This document shows, piece after piece, positions 1 to 12,470 of a DNA stretch of 64,000 nt. The stretch comes from Octopus vulgaris (Eukaryota), in contig OX597821.1 in NCBI GenBank assembly GCA_951406725.2, positions 98,952,001 to 99,016,000 on the forward strand, written 5' to 3'. The notes below the pieces were generated by a model, which was not told where the DNA came from, did no database searches, and saw only the letters and a program-made list of their open reading frames with translations. Positions within the stretch are counted from its first letter, which is position 1. Every line of letters begins with the position of its first letter. The translations under genes were made by a program, and so were the position numbers.

Positions 1-1035
1 AAAGTTTCTTTATTTAAACGTTCTTGTGGAGAAATTATGTCTTTGCACTGGTAGAAAGGGAAGACAGTGAAATTTGGTGTGAAGTTATCTGCACATTTTT
101 CTATATGTTCACTGACAAGAATTTGCCTGTATTGCGGGAAACGGATTTGCTCTTTATGTAGAGTGGTTCTCCGTCTCAGGGTCATACTTTTCTGTCCAAT
201 ATAGTTGTGTCCACAACCCGAGCAGGTTATTACATAAATTAGGTTCTCAGAGGCACAAGTGACGCTAGTTTTAATTGTGAACCTCTCTCCTTGTTTGAAA
301 AGGAAAACCGAGCCTTCAAGCAAGTTTGGGCGGGCTCCACAGTTTGGGCGCCCACATTTTTTAACCGTTGGTTTCGTGGTTGTTTTGTAAAGCTTCCCAT
401 TAGTTAGCAGTCTCTTTAGCGACCTGTGTTGCTTTTTGCATTTGATGAGTTTGTGCATTTTCAGGATGTCGCTTATTTTTGGATCTCTAGTTAGTAAAGG
501 GAGATTTTGCACAAGTGTTGAATGCCTCACTGTTTCTGGGGTTGTGTGTTGATATAAACAGAAGTGTTTTGAGATGAGGTGTGGTGTTCTTAGCGTTTTT
601 TATGCCTAATTTTTTGGCACGTTTAATTCCCTCTTGAGGGTGGATATTGTCTTTTAGTAAGCGTTGTTTTGAGGTCTTGAAGACGAAGGTCCCGAGTAGT
701 TCTATCAGACACTATTGTGCAAATCCTTTTTGCCAAATTGAAAGGGATATTTATTTTGATGTGTTTCGGGTGGCATGGGCTAAAGAGGAGATATTGTTTT
801 GAGTCAGTTGGTTTATAATAGATGTCAGTTATAATTTGATTGTTGACTTTTTTTATCCTGATGTCTAAAAATGGAAGCCGTTCTTTGTTATATTCCATTG
901 TGAATTGAATGTTACTATTTATATCATTTAGTGTTAATTAGAAATCCAAAAGTTTGTCGATGTTCTCCTTCCAAATAATAAAACAGTCATCCAGGTATCT
1001 TTTCCAATTTTCTCTTATGTAAAAGTAAAATGGGT
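1..1035 (-). mobile_element. Penelope-like retroelement relic (RT C-terminal part + GIY-YIG endonuclease), Neptune-like; runs off the window edge
   Basis: Minus strand reads YIRENWKRYLDDCFIIW (RT core), LPFLDIRIKK..TDIYYKPTDSKQYLLFSPCHPKH (thumb, ORF 623-898) and LIYVITCSGCGHNYIGQ (GIY-YIG). Frameshifted. Same family as 53980-56905. Confidence 0.9.
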
Positions 1036-1036
1036 A

Positions 1037-1188
1037 ACCTATTTCTTTATTACCCACAAGGGGCTAAACCAGAGGGGACAAACAAGGACAGACATAGGTA
1101 TTAAGTCGATTACATCGACCCCAGTGCGCAACTGGTACTTAATTTATCGACCCCGAAAGGATGAAAGGCAAAGTCGACCTCGGCGGAT
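1037..1188 (-). mobile_element. tRNA-derived SINE family B, 3' part
   Basis: Reverse complement of ccgccgaggtcgactttgcctttcatcctttcggggtcgataaattaagtaccag...gccccttgtgggtaataaagaaatagg; matches copies at 38220-38640 and 39426-39660. Confidence 0.85.
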
Positions 1189-1721
1189 CATGGGGGCATG
1201 ATTTTCCATGCTTTTTTGTTGCAGTTTTACTCCGGATCGGGCTGCAATCCCATTTGATTCTTCGTTACGCTGTCGTACTGTCAAGCGTCTCTCCGCTTTG
1301 TCATCCTTCTTTCTGGATGTCAGCAAGTCTTTCCCAGCAGTCAGTATCTGGGGAATTTCAACCGTGTTTCGTGGTCTGCTCCCACAACAGCTCCTTTATA
1401 GGATCCAGTTAGCTCAAGACATCATTAGGAGGAACCACGTCCGGTTTCGGCCCCTACAACTCTACCGTTTTGATGTGGCGCCCTCCTCCCCTTTTGGAGG
1501 TGTCTACAGCTCTGGTGTTGGATGCATGTCTTCTTTCTTCTTCTTTCTTCTGTTGCCTGGACTCTTCTATGTAGCATCAACGAGTGTCAGCGGGCGACTG
1601 ACTGTCTTGTGAAATTTCCCTTTAAATACCTGCTGGTAGGCTCCAGCAGGCAGCCCCAGCAAGTTGTCACGTGACACTGTCTCAACTTTAACTGACCAAT
1701 GAAGGTGCGTAGTCTCAACCC

Positions 1722-1783
<62 letters not shown>

Positions 1784-1978
1784 CAACAACAACAACAACA
1801 ACATCGAAAAATATCTTAGGAATGAGAACCCAGGTTCTAAATTTCCCCAAGACACCTGATGAAGGCTGGAGGGTAGTATATCAACCGAAACGTTGTGTTA
1901 ACAACGAACAAGATGAGGACAAATATCCGTCAAATGTAAATAATGTACATAATTCCTCATCTCTTAAATATAGAACTG
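1722..1978 (+). mobile_element. (AAT)n(AAC)n + ~180-bp tail containing a hammerhead-like motif (PLE pseudo-LTR-like element)
   Basis: Near-identical to 55470-55707 and to the reverse complement of 54702-54850. Confidence 0.75.
1851..1899 (+). ncRNA. Minimal type I hammerhead ribozyme-like motif
   Basis: gacac-CTGATGA-a-ggctg...caacc-GAAA-cgtt-gtgtt: stem I gacac/gtgtt, intact core, palindromic AACGTT in place of stem III, one mismatch in stem II. Confidence 0.65.
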
Positions 1979-2244
1979 AAAATTTTCTTGTTCTGTACTT
2001 TACCAGATGTAATAACTTATCCTGAACTTTTTCCAAGTGTAATAACTTGTCCTGTATTTTTCCAGGTTTATAATCTTAAGAATATCCTTTCTGTTGCTCG
2101 AATTTTTCCATGTAATATTATGATACGTTCCTCTCATCAACTTTTCAGTCGATCAAATAGCATCCTTTTTAGGAATGTCTCTTTAACAATAGTTATGAAG
2201 ATAACAATTTCTTTAATATCTTCCCATTAAGCAGAACAGACACA

Positions 2245-2368
2245 ATTTTGGCACAAGGCGAGCAGCTTCGGGATCAAGAGTAAGTCGATTACATCGACAC
2301 CCGTGTTCAACTGGTACTTATTTTATCGACTCCGAAAGGATGAAAGCTGAAGTTGGTCCCGGTGGCAT
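2245..2368 (-). mobile_element. SINE family B fragment (degenerate)
   Basis: aagtcgattacatcgac...ctggtacttattttatcgactccgaaaggatgaaag matches the family B core. Confidence 0.7.
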
Positions 2369-2819
2369 CATGGTAGCTACTTTATTGACCCCAAACACAT
2401 TTAGTATGATTCGGGTAATAACCACGTAGCGTGCATTTAAGAGCTCCTATGCTGTTATTGACTACCACATGTTCTACAGCAGGATATTGTCCAAGGCTGG
2501 ATAAACATGTGGAAATCCACTATTGTATAGTATTAATATAAAAATAATATAACACGAAGATGGAAAATACTAGGATTTAACAGCAAATCACAAAATTTGT
2601 TTCTACGCCGTACACCATCTTTAAGTTTCCGAGTTTACATTTATATATCATTATATAAGATTATTCTTTAGAATTACTATAATTAGAATTAAAATAATTA
2701 AATATTAATAATAATAAAGAGTATGGAGGCTTGCACGTCCACAAATCTTTTAGCTATATACAGCATATTATAATGACCTACACTTGTTTCCGCAGCAGCG
2801 ACTACTCACTGTTGTAGAT

Positions 2820-2996
2820 GCTGAGACACATGATGAAAGGGAGGCACGTCTCGCTGCCCAACGTGAAAGAAGCCGAATGGCGAGACTTGCTGAGACACAT
2901 GATGAAAGGGAGGCACGTCTCGCTGCCCAACGTGAAAGAAGCCGAATGGCGAGACTTGCTGAGACACATGATGAAAGGGAGGCACGTCTCGCTGCC
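2820..2996 (+). repeat. 69-bp coding tandem repeat (23 aa, ~2.5 units), STPR-like
   Basis: Units start at 2820, 2889 and 2958 and encode AETHDEREARLAAQRERSRMARL. Confidence 0.85.
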
Positions 2997-3443
2997 GAGC
3001 GCATTCAAGTACAACAAAGAAACCCCAACCAGATTGCAGAGCAGAGACAAGTTAGACGGTCTACAGCGCGACGAAAACTCCAGCAACACAAGGCTGCTAA
3101 GAGGGACGATTTCTGGTCCAGGGCCGCCTTCACCTACGATCCTGCTAAAAACTATGCCAAAATTTGTTCCTCCTGTGGGGCCAAAAAGTGGGATTTCGAT
3201 GCTCCCGGTTTTTGCTGCTCTAAAGGAAAAGTCCGACTCCCACCGCTAGCTGATCCACCTCAGGTTCTTCGAGAATTGCTTACAAGTCCATCTGACGGTG
3301 CTAAGCATTTTCGTGAAAGAATTAATAGGTTTAATTCGTGCTTCGCAGTGACATGCTTTGGAACAACGAGCATACCAGGTTTAAAGAAGACCACCAAAAA
3401 CCCAAATGTGCCACGACCTTCAACTGCTGCTTCGACAACGACT

Positions 3444-3575
3444 GAAAATATCGATGTCCCCGGACCTTCAAGGGCTGTTACGACACCAATAACGGAAAAC
3501 CCCGATGTCCCTGGACCTTCAAGAGCTGTTGCGAGAACAGTGATCGAAAACCCCGATGTCCCCGGACCTTCTAGG
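3444..3575 (+). repeat. 51-bp coding repeat (ENPDVPGPSR, 17-aa period, x3) inside the Helitron ORF
   Basis: ENIDVPGPSRAVTTPIT / ENPDVPGPSRAVARTVI / ENPDVPGPSRK. Confidence 0.85.
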
Positions 3576-6500
3576 AAGCCTAATTATGATACAGAGAAGT
3601 ATGAACATTTTTACACCTACAAAATTCATGGAGGGTGCTACCATCAAATGGGAAGTCTTCGGCCGATGCCTGGAAAAGAGCCTAGATTCATGCAGATTTT
3701 CTTTGTTGGTGGTCACGATGAGGAACTTGCTATCAGGAAAAAAGATAATCCAAAACTTGAGCAGGGTGTTATTCAAGTACTTCAGAGGATGCTCCACGAG
3801 ACTCATCCTTACGTTCGTGAGTTCAAAAATGCTATGGAAACGTTGGATTCTCAACCTGATTTAAAATTGGTGATACTCCTACCGACAAAGCTCCTGCCGG
3901 TGAGCATCCTGGTCGTTTCAACGCTCCAACTACGAATGAGGTTGCAGCACTCATGGTCGATGAGGTCCATGGAAAGCACGACATAATCCTCCGGCACCGC
4001 GATAAAGACGTGACTTTTGTTTCCGAATTACACCAATGTTATGATTGCTTGCAGTGCCCTCTCCTTTTTCCTCATGGTGAAGATGGATACCACTTACAAA
4101 TTAAAAAGGTTGATCCCACAATTCTCACACTTCTTGACAAGAAGGTTTCCTGCAAGGCATTTTACGCCTATCGACTCATGGTGCGAGAAAACGATTTCAA
4201 TTTATTACTAAGGTGCCATTCTTTGACCAATCAGTTTTTGGTCGACATGTATTGTAAAGTTGAGTCCGAACGTTTAAAATACATTCGGTCTCACCAGGAC
4301 CAATTGAGAGCAACAGAATACTTTAATCTTGAGGATGCAATGCGGCAAGACAGTGATGCAACCAACGTTGGAAAGCGTATTATTCTCCCTTCAACATTTG
4401 TTGGCTCACCTCGGTATATGAATAAACGAATGCAAGACGCAATGGCATACCTCGGTAAGTTTGGAAAGCCGGATCTCTTCATTACATTTACCTGCAATCC
4501 TACCTGGCCAAATATTAAGGAGATTGTGTTCGCTGGGCAGCTGCCAGAGCACAGACACGACATTGTGGGGCGCGTTTTTCATGCCAAGTTGATGAAAATG
4601 CTGTTTTTACTGAAGGTTTTGCATATTTTTGGCCCACTGTCTGCTTGGATGTATACCGTGGAATGGCAGAAGAGAGGTCTTCCATACGTTCATATGCTAG
4701 CCTGGTGCGAGGATAGAACCCACCCTGCTGATATTGACAAAATTATATCTGCTGAGTTGCCCGATCCAAATGCTGATCCTCAGCTGCACAGCAGTGTTAC
4801 AAAGCATATGATTCACGGTCCATGTGGTGACCTTAATCCGATAAGTCCATGCATGAAGAATAAAAGATGTTCGAAGCAGTACCCTAGAGATTATTGCGGT
4901 CAAACCTGCACTTCGAATGACGGCTATCCCACCTACCGAAGACGTGACCCAGGTTTTGGTGGCCGGAGAGCTAGAGTTAGACACCGGTTAATAACTTTCG
5001 ATGCTGATAATGCCTGGATTGTTCCATTCAACTCTTTGCTTTCAAAAACATTTAATACGCACATTAATGTAGAGTACTGCAGTTCGGTGAGATGCATACA
5101 ATACCCCTGCATGTGCATTAATAAGGGTGATGATATGGCCGTGTTTGTGTTCAGTGATGAAGACCTTAGACATGATGAGATGAAACAATTCGTTTTGGGT
5201 AGGTATGTATCCTCTAATTATGCAGCGTGGCGCATTTTTGGATACGAGATTCATCAAAGCTCACCATCAGTTTTCCACCTGAATGCTCATTTAGAGAATA
5301 GACAGCTGGTTTACTTCACAGAGAAAAATGCACGTGAAGCCATTGAAAATCCAAAAGGGACTACGCTTACAGCGTTTTTTGAATTGTGTTCAGTTGATGA
5401 GTTTGCTGCTACTCTCATTTACCCTGAAGTACCAGAATATTACACATACAACAATAAATGGAAGCGCAGGTCACATGGAACAGAACTTGACAATTGGCCC
5501 GGTGTTTCAAGGAAGAATGTCATTGAGCGTGTGTATAATATTCATCCTACCAAACAGGAACTCTTCTTTTTGAGAATGCTGCTTCATGTAGTTACTGGCC
5601 CGAAGTCTTTTGCTGATGTCATCTGCGACACTTACGGGGAAGCATGTTTGAGGCGCGGACTACTTCTCAGTGACGACCACTTACACAAGACACTAGCAGA
5701 GGCCGCAAATTGTAAAATGCCATGGCAAATGCGTCGATTGTTTTGTAGCATATTAATCCACTGTAATCCCAGCAACCCTCTTAACCTTTGGGAATCATTC
5801 AGACAGAGCCTGTAAAAGGACATACAGGCTACGTGATGGCAACGACGATGTTTATAATGAGGCATTAATCGACATGGACAGACACATCAGACCTTATGTT
5901 ATACACGGTTTAAGTGAATTCCATCTGCCAATACCTGTCCATCATGAAGCGCCAATGGATGTTGAATACATGTCGGGAAAAAACTACAACATTGCCGATT
6001 TGACAGAAACGATTACGCGAGATGAACCAAGACTTTTGCCTGAACAAAGAGAAAGATTTATAATGAAATTCTTGACAGCGTAAGATTGAATCAAGGAAAG
6101 CTTTTCTTTTTGAATGCTCCAGGTGGTACTGGTAAAACTTTCCTTATCAATTTGATTCTCGCAAAACTGCGCGCTGAACGTCGAATTTCCATTGCATGTA
6201 CCTCCAGTGGTATTGCGGCGACACTGCTTCAAGGCGGCCGTACGGCACATTGTGCATTCACATTGCCAATGGACATTGGAAAAAAAGATAATCCTATATG
6301 TAATATAGATCGTAGTTCCTCAAGAGCAAGACTTCTTCGTGAATGCAGTCTTTTTATTTGGGATGAGGTTACAATGAGTAATAAGGCCATGTTTGAGGCT
6401 CTTGACAGAACCCTCCAAGATTTTCGTCACAATACAAGAATAATGGGTGGAGCTACGTTTTTCATGGCAGGAGATTTTCGACAAACTCTTCCTGTTATCC

Positions 6501-8576
6501 GAGCAGGCACTCGAGCCGATGAGGTTAATGCATGTATAAAGCATTCTTATGTGTGGCACAGTGTAATCAGTCGTCATCTTGAAACAAACATGAGAGTCCA
6601 CCTACGTGGTGGTGTGGAGTCTGGGGCTTTCGCAAAACAGCTATTAGATCTTGGTGATGGAGTTATATCTTTGGTTGATGATGAGCATATTCGGTTGCCT
6701 TTTGGCAATTTCGTTCCAAATGTAGAAGACCTTATAAGGGCCGTTTTACCTGACGTGGAAACCAACTTCCAGGATCTCGATTGGCTAAGGACGAGAGCTA
6801 TTCTATCGCCTCATAATACAACAGCTGATGCTACTAATAAACAAGTGCTTGATATGATTCCTGGTGAGGAAATTTCTGTCATGTCCATCGATACAAATAA
6901 AGATGAGAATGATGCAGTCAAATATCCACCCGAGCTACTCAACAAGCTAACACCTCCGGGGCTTCCACCTCATCATTTGTGTTTGAAAGTTGGTGCTCCA
7001 ATCATGGTTCTCAGAAATATGGAAACGCCTGAAATATGCAATGGAACCCGAATGGTTATAAGGAGGATTCAGAGCCATGTTATAACTGCTGAAATTTTGA
7101 GTGGACCATTCGTAGGAACAATGAAGATGATACATAAAATGAGTATTTCACCCTCTGATGTTCCCATTCAGTTTAAACGCTATCAATTTCCGATAAAACT
7201 ATGCTTCGCGATGACAATCAACAAGTCACAGGGACAATCACTGGACATTGTAGTCGTTAACCTGTCACAACCGGTCTTCAGTCATGGTCAATTGTACGTA
7301 GCCTGTTCTTGAGTTGGAAATCCGCATAAACTCTTCATTCTTGGCGATCATGAGCGCACAAGGAACGTGGTTTATCAGGAGGCTCTGACAAAACAAGATT
7401 GATTGTAAGTCATGAGATTTTGCTTGAGTTTTTCTTCTGCACGTCTTGATTACCTCTTCATTCTTGAAAATAAAGACATTAAAAAAACATGGTTCATAAA
7501 GAAGATTGGGTTAAGATGTTTGCAAACATTTTATCCAACTCATTCGTCTCTTTATTCCTTATTTTCCGATTCCTTCTACGCCTCCATTGAACGGTTTTGT
7601 CAAGTTATTGTTTCTTCGCCAACATAAGACATTCATAAAGTGAATGAGTTGTTAATTACATTTTATACACTGTTCCATTGTTTAGGTGGTGTCGAAAGGA
7701 CTGACATGTGTCACCATATAATCTCTGTCAGTCAAACTCCCAACTCATGCGATACTCTTTCTACAAAACTGAGCTGGGTGTGAATTCTAATTTCATACAT
7801 TATTGCAGATGTGAGTTTACAGTCTGCCTTTTTTGGTTTAAACTATCTTCCTGCGCGTTAAAAAATTTTTTTTAGAGTCCTCGACAATATTCGCCACCGA
7901 AATCCCATTTTTCAATTCTATGATTATACCCAGAGTGCTCTAATCGAATATGAACTGTCTTCCCATTGGCGGACGTTTGCTTTTTTTTTTTTTTTATAAA
8001 TAAACGCATTGCCTCTTTCGTTTTAAACCAATAAAACAATGCTACATTAATACATTGGTCCCCTTCTTATTTGACCTGTTTGTATCTGTTTAACCGAGAA
8101 CGTGTCTACGCTTTATTTTACCACTCATTTTTAGCGATGCAACGCACACACAGCGAGCCTCATCTGCTTGGACGCTAAGAAACATTAAACAGACGGGTAT
8201 GTTTTGACTTTTTTGTTAACTTATTTGACGCAAATTTGTTCTATCTACTTAAATTTCTGGTTTCACGATTTTCCTTTGCGCTTGCTATTTTTTTAAACTT
8301 AACCTTTTCCAATTAATGTGCCAAATACTCGATCGGGATTTTTTTATTTTTCGTGCTTTATAACAGGTTCCAAGTCCCTCTATCAGACGTCTTCTGTTAA
8401 TTCCTCGAGTCGCTACTCGACTCCGAGGGTTGGCTTTTTATTTTACACCTTTTGCGTGTTGCTGTCTTTTAATTTGATTTCATAGTTAAATTATTTAAGA
8501 ATGTGGTTCTGTTGAAGAAACTTTCTTATAAACACCATGCATCCTTTTTCCTTCTATCATCATCACAATGTAACCA

Positions 8577-8958
8577 GTGGAGGCGCAATGGCCCAGTGGT
8601 TAGAGCAGCGGATTCGCGGTCATAGGATCGCGGTTTCGATTCCCAGACCGGGCGTTGTGAGTGTTTAATGAGCGAAAACACCTAAAGCTCCACGAGGCTC
8701 CGGCAGGGGATGGTGGTGATCCCTGCTGTACTCTTTCACCACAACTTTCTCACTCTTACTTCCTGTTTCTGTTGTACATGTACTTCAAAGGGCCGGCCTT
8801 GTCACTCTCTGTGTCACGCTGAATATCCCCGAGAACTACGTTAAGGGTACACGTGTCTGTGGAGTGCTCACCCACTTACACGTTAATTTCACGAGCAGGC
8901 TGTTCCGTTGATTCGGATCAACCGGAACCCACGTCGTCGTAACCGACGGAGTGCTTCC
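8577..8958 (+). mobile_element. Full-length tRNA-derived SINE family C with 12-bp TSD
   Basis: A box tggcccagtgg, B-box-like ggtttcgattccc; TSD cacaatgtaacc at 8564-8575 and 8959-8970; second copy at 61025-61411. Confidence 0.9.
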
Positions 8959-9265
8959 CACAATGTAACCTTTCATTTGTGTTACTTTTTAGCGTCTAAC
9001 TGATGCTGAAGAGTGGCTACGTAGGTAAAAAGAATGTTTTACGATTGGGCCACGGGGGGGGGGGGGGCATTGTAAATGTGATGAAAACAGGAAAAAAAGA
9101 AAAACACGTTCAGCTGTGAGTTTGCCATACTCTTTTATCATCTTCTTCATTATGCTATTGGTTTGTTCTTTTTTTATATTTTTTCTGAATTAACTTAGTT
9201 GTCTCCCAGTCGACAAGGTTCTAATGGAACCTTTAGAAATAATTCAAAGCTTTCCAAAAACAGTG

Positions 9266-9479
9266 TACTCTTTTACTTGTTTCAGTCATTTGACTGCGGC
9301 CATGCTGGAGCACCGCCTTTAATCGAGCAACTCGACCCCGGGACTTATTCTTTTGTAAACCCAGTACTTATTCTATCGGTCTCTTTTGCCGAACCGCTAA
9401 GTAACGGGGACATAAACACACCAGCAGCGGTTGTCAAGCAATGCTAGGGGACAAACACAGACGCACAAACACACACACA

Positions 9480-9520
<41 letters not shown>

Positions 9521-9632
9521 GACGGGCTTCTTTCAGTTTCCGTCTACCAAATCCACTCACAAGGCTATAGTAGAAGACACTTGCCCAAGGTGCCACGCAG
9601 TGGGACTGAACCTGGAACCATGTGGTTGGTAG
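9266..9632 (-). mobile_element. SINE family A (CORE-like, internal TA/CA microsatellite), 5' truncated
   Basis: Minus strand has ccttgggcaagtgtcttct (CORE-like) and the tail gactgaaacaagtaaaagag; multiple copies in the window. Confidence 0.85.
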
Positions 9633-10643
9633 ACAAAGTGCCTAAGTGTAAGTTTATTAAATAATTTATCATTTTCATTCGTACCGATTTGTTTTATTTT
9701 GTTTTGTTTTTTTTGTTTTTGATGCTGTGCGGTTCCTTTTAAAAATAATTATTTTTCCATTTGCAATCAGACAGAAAAATCTTATTCTTAATTGGACTTC
9801 TTTTTCTTATTTTTTCTGTCACACATGCGGAATACAAGGGGTTTACATCCCGTCCGACGAGCGAAAGGGCTCATGTAAGAATACTGTTTTTAAATCTTTT
9901 TATAGTAACCATTTATTCTTTTTCTTTTTTGGTTAACCAGTATTGGTTAAAACGTGGCACACACTGATAAACACATGTATAAAACAGAAATTTGATACAC
10001 GTGTACTGCATATAGTTTTATTTTTTAAAATAAATATAGCCAACTCAGAAACCGAACTAAGCAAACTCTGGTGGCCGCCGTCCCTTCGGTCAAAAGAGTA
10101 ACTTTGTAAGTTCTTTAACAGAAACTCTTTCACATAGCACTCAAATAATTGTTTGCTTTTAACATATATTTAGCAACCCTGCCAAAGGAAAGGGACCATT
10201 TCAGAACAACGGTCCTCAAAACAAAACAAGGAACAAATTAAACAATTTTTTTTTATTTTTAATGATTTTTACCCCTCATTATCTCTCATGTTTCCACTCA
10301 AATCGTTCCATATTTTTCTACCAATTTATATTCTGAAATTTTTATGGTATTTAACATGTAGTTAAAATAGATTTTTATAATTAAGATCAATTTTGACGTC
10401 TTTCTGACTCAATTGTTTGGGAGTTGAAGATAAGGCTACATAAGGCTTCTTTCTAATCGCTGAAAATATGCACACCTATGTTAAAAGTGCTAGCGAGTTT
10501 GCATGACAACTTTGAGTTTGCTCAATTGAAAGGCATCGCCTCTAGGGCAAAATTACTCGTCTTTTAAAATGTGGCCCGCGTAGACCCGAAAGAAATCGGG
10601 TTATAATGCCGAAACAAGTAAAACAATAATAAACTATTTTAAT

Positions 10644-10672
10644 CCCGAGCTAGGCCCGGTATATCTGTCTAA
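10644..10672 (+). mobile_element. Helitron-type 3' terminus (GC hairpin + CTAA); possible end of the large Helitron
   Basis: cccgagctaggcccgg-tatatctgt-CTAA|t resembles cccgagcaaggccgggcgatactgCTAG|t at 57946-57973. Confidence 0.55.
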
Positions 10673-11136
10673 TCTATAAAATGTAGAAGGCGAATGTTGA
10701 TGCAAATTGGACTTTTATGTAAAAAGGGATCTAAATGGGGATGGAAGGGGATTAAGATTTACAGGAGGGGGTAACTTGGGGTGGGAAATTGATTGGGAGA
10801 CGTTTTGGAGCGCTACAGTGGTTGCTTTGGTGTGAAAACGGAGATTTTATTGATTGGGGCGGGGGGATAGATCGGACACCTTTTGCCCGATTTCAATCAA
10901 ATTTTCAACATGGTAAAGTTGAAGCGGATTTCTAATTTAAACGCGGAAATATAATTTTTTATAAATGTCAGAGAGATAGATAGAGTAAGAGAAGCGAGAG
11001 AGAGTCCGAGAGAAAGGAAGAGTAAGAGATTGGAAAAGGGAGAAAGAGAGAAACAAAGAGGGAGAATGTGGCGATAAGAAACAGAAAGTAACAACCACAA
11101 CATCACCCGCACGTAGAGTGGGTCACCTTAAGCTAA
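10673..11136 (+). mobile_element. Non-autonomous Helitron
   Basis: Starts a|TCtataaaat; ends with hairpin acccgcacgtagagtgggt, then CTAA|t; no TSD. Confidence 0.6.
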
Positions 11137-12309
11137 TGTTATTATATTACCGATAATATTGCTATTGCTATTGTCGTCATTCTGTTCCTGCTATAACATT
11201 TTATCTTTATTCTTTAATATTCCTTCTAACTATGCATATTTCCGTTTATTTCAGTTCAGAAGCTCCACAACATGTTGTTGTAGAGTAACTAGCCACATCA
11301 GAACAGTTTAGCTGGCGGGTAAACTCGTGCACTATGCCAACCGTTGGCAACCGAGAGGACAATATGCACAAAAGAAGTCGAAAGTATATTAAAGAAAAGC
11401 AAATAATAAAATCAAGAATGCGCCTTTAGCTGTGATATATAATCTTTTACATTCGCCGTTCTGCTTTCTACATTCTGCACATTAACTAGGGATATTAAAG
11501 ACGCGATGGTGGCTTACGCTTCTTCTCATTGACACTTATTGGTCGTTTTGGCAGGACAAAAATAAGGCAGATAAAGGAAACAGCCGAATTTAGCACTCAT
11601 TAACAGGGTTGGTTATGTGCATAGAGAAAATTTTAATTTGTTTAGCGCTGACCGAAAATGTAATAATTAGAGAAGAATCACTGAGAAAGTAAGGAAATAT
11701 GCCCACAACACTGAAGTAAAAACTTTTGCAAACTTTCGGATAGAGAATAGCTCGAAGCAAGCAAGAGTTAGTCAACAGATAAGGATATTATATACATAGG
11801 CATACAGATATATATTCATATATAGATACTTACATACATACATTTATACATACATATACACACACTCATATATACATATATTAAGAGAAAGATAGGATAG
11901 AGATAGATATATACATATATATATATATATACTTTAATATATAAACGTGTATTTATACATGCTACATATATATACACAGATATAAATATTTATATACCTA
12001 CACGCACACACAAACCCAAAAACACAGACACACAGGTTTGCGCACGCGCACATTCACTCACAAACACACACACATACATACACTCAAACTTGTAAATAGA
12101 GCGGTTTTCAAGATGCGACTCCAAGACATCTCAATGCAAATGTTTATATGTGCAAGAACAGAAATCTTAGGATTCAAATACATGCAGAAGAAAATATACA
12201 TATTAAAAATCGAAACACGAAAGACATTAATCGTAAGTATAATACTTATACCCACCCAAACATGCTCATGTATGCATACATGAATATATGTACATATATG
12301 AGTGTGTAA

Positions 12310-12355
<46 letters not shown>

Positions 12356-12470
12356 AAAGGGTAAAATCAATTAATTATTAATTAATTTTACCAAGTAGTG
12401 TTCAGCATGTAAGAAGACCATTTAAGGTATATATATGTATATGTATGTATATATCCTATGTAAGTATATA

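Larger units (their letters stand above)
2784..7402 (+). pseudogene. Helitron Rep/PIF1-like helicase transposase, disrupted (frameshift ~3880, stops/frameshifts at 5813-6085, stop at 7310)
   Basis: Zn finger CSSCGAKKW..CCSKGKV; ILPSTFVGSPRYM; Rep motifs PDLFITFTCNP, VEWQKRGLPYVHML, QYPCMCINKG; SF1B helicase motifs APGGTGKT, IWDEVTM, GDFRQTLPV, FAMTINKSQGQS, HGQLYVACS*V..RNVVYQEAL. Confidence 0.95.

Noticed and set aside
6086-7312. Host PIF1 helicase gene
   Set aside because: Intronless, directly downstream of Helitron Rep motifs and carrying a premature stop; part of the transposase.
8577-8655. tRNA gene
   Set aside because: It is the head of a SINE with a 300-bp body, a TSD and a second copy.
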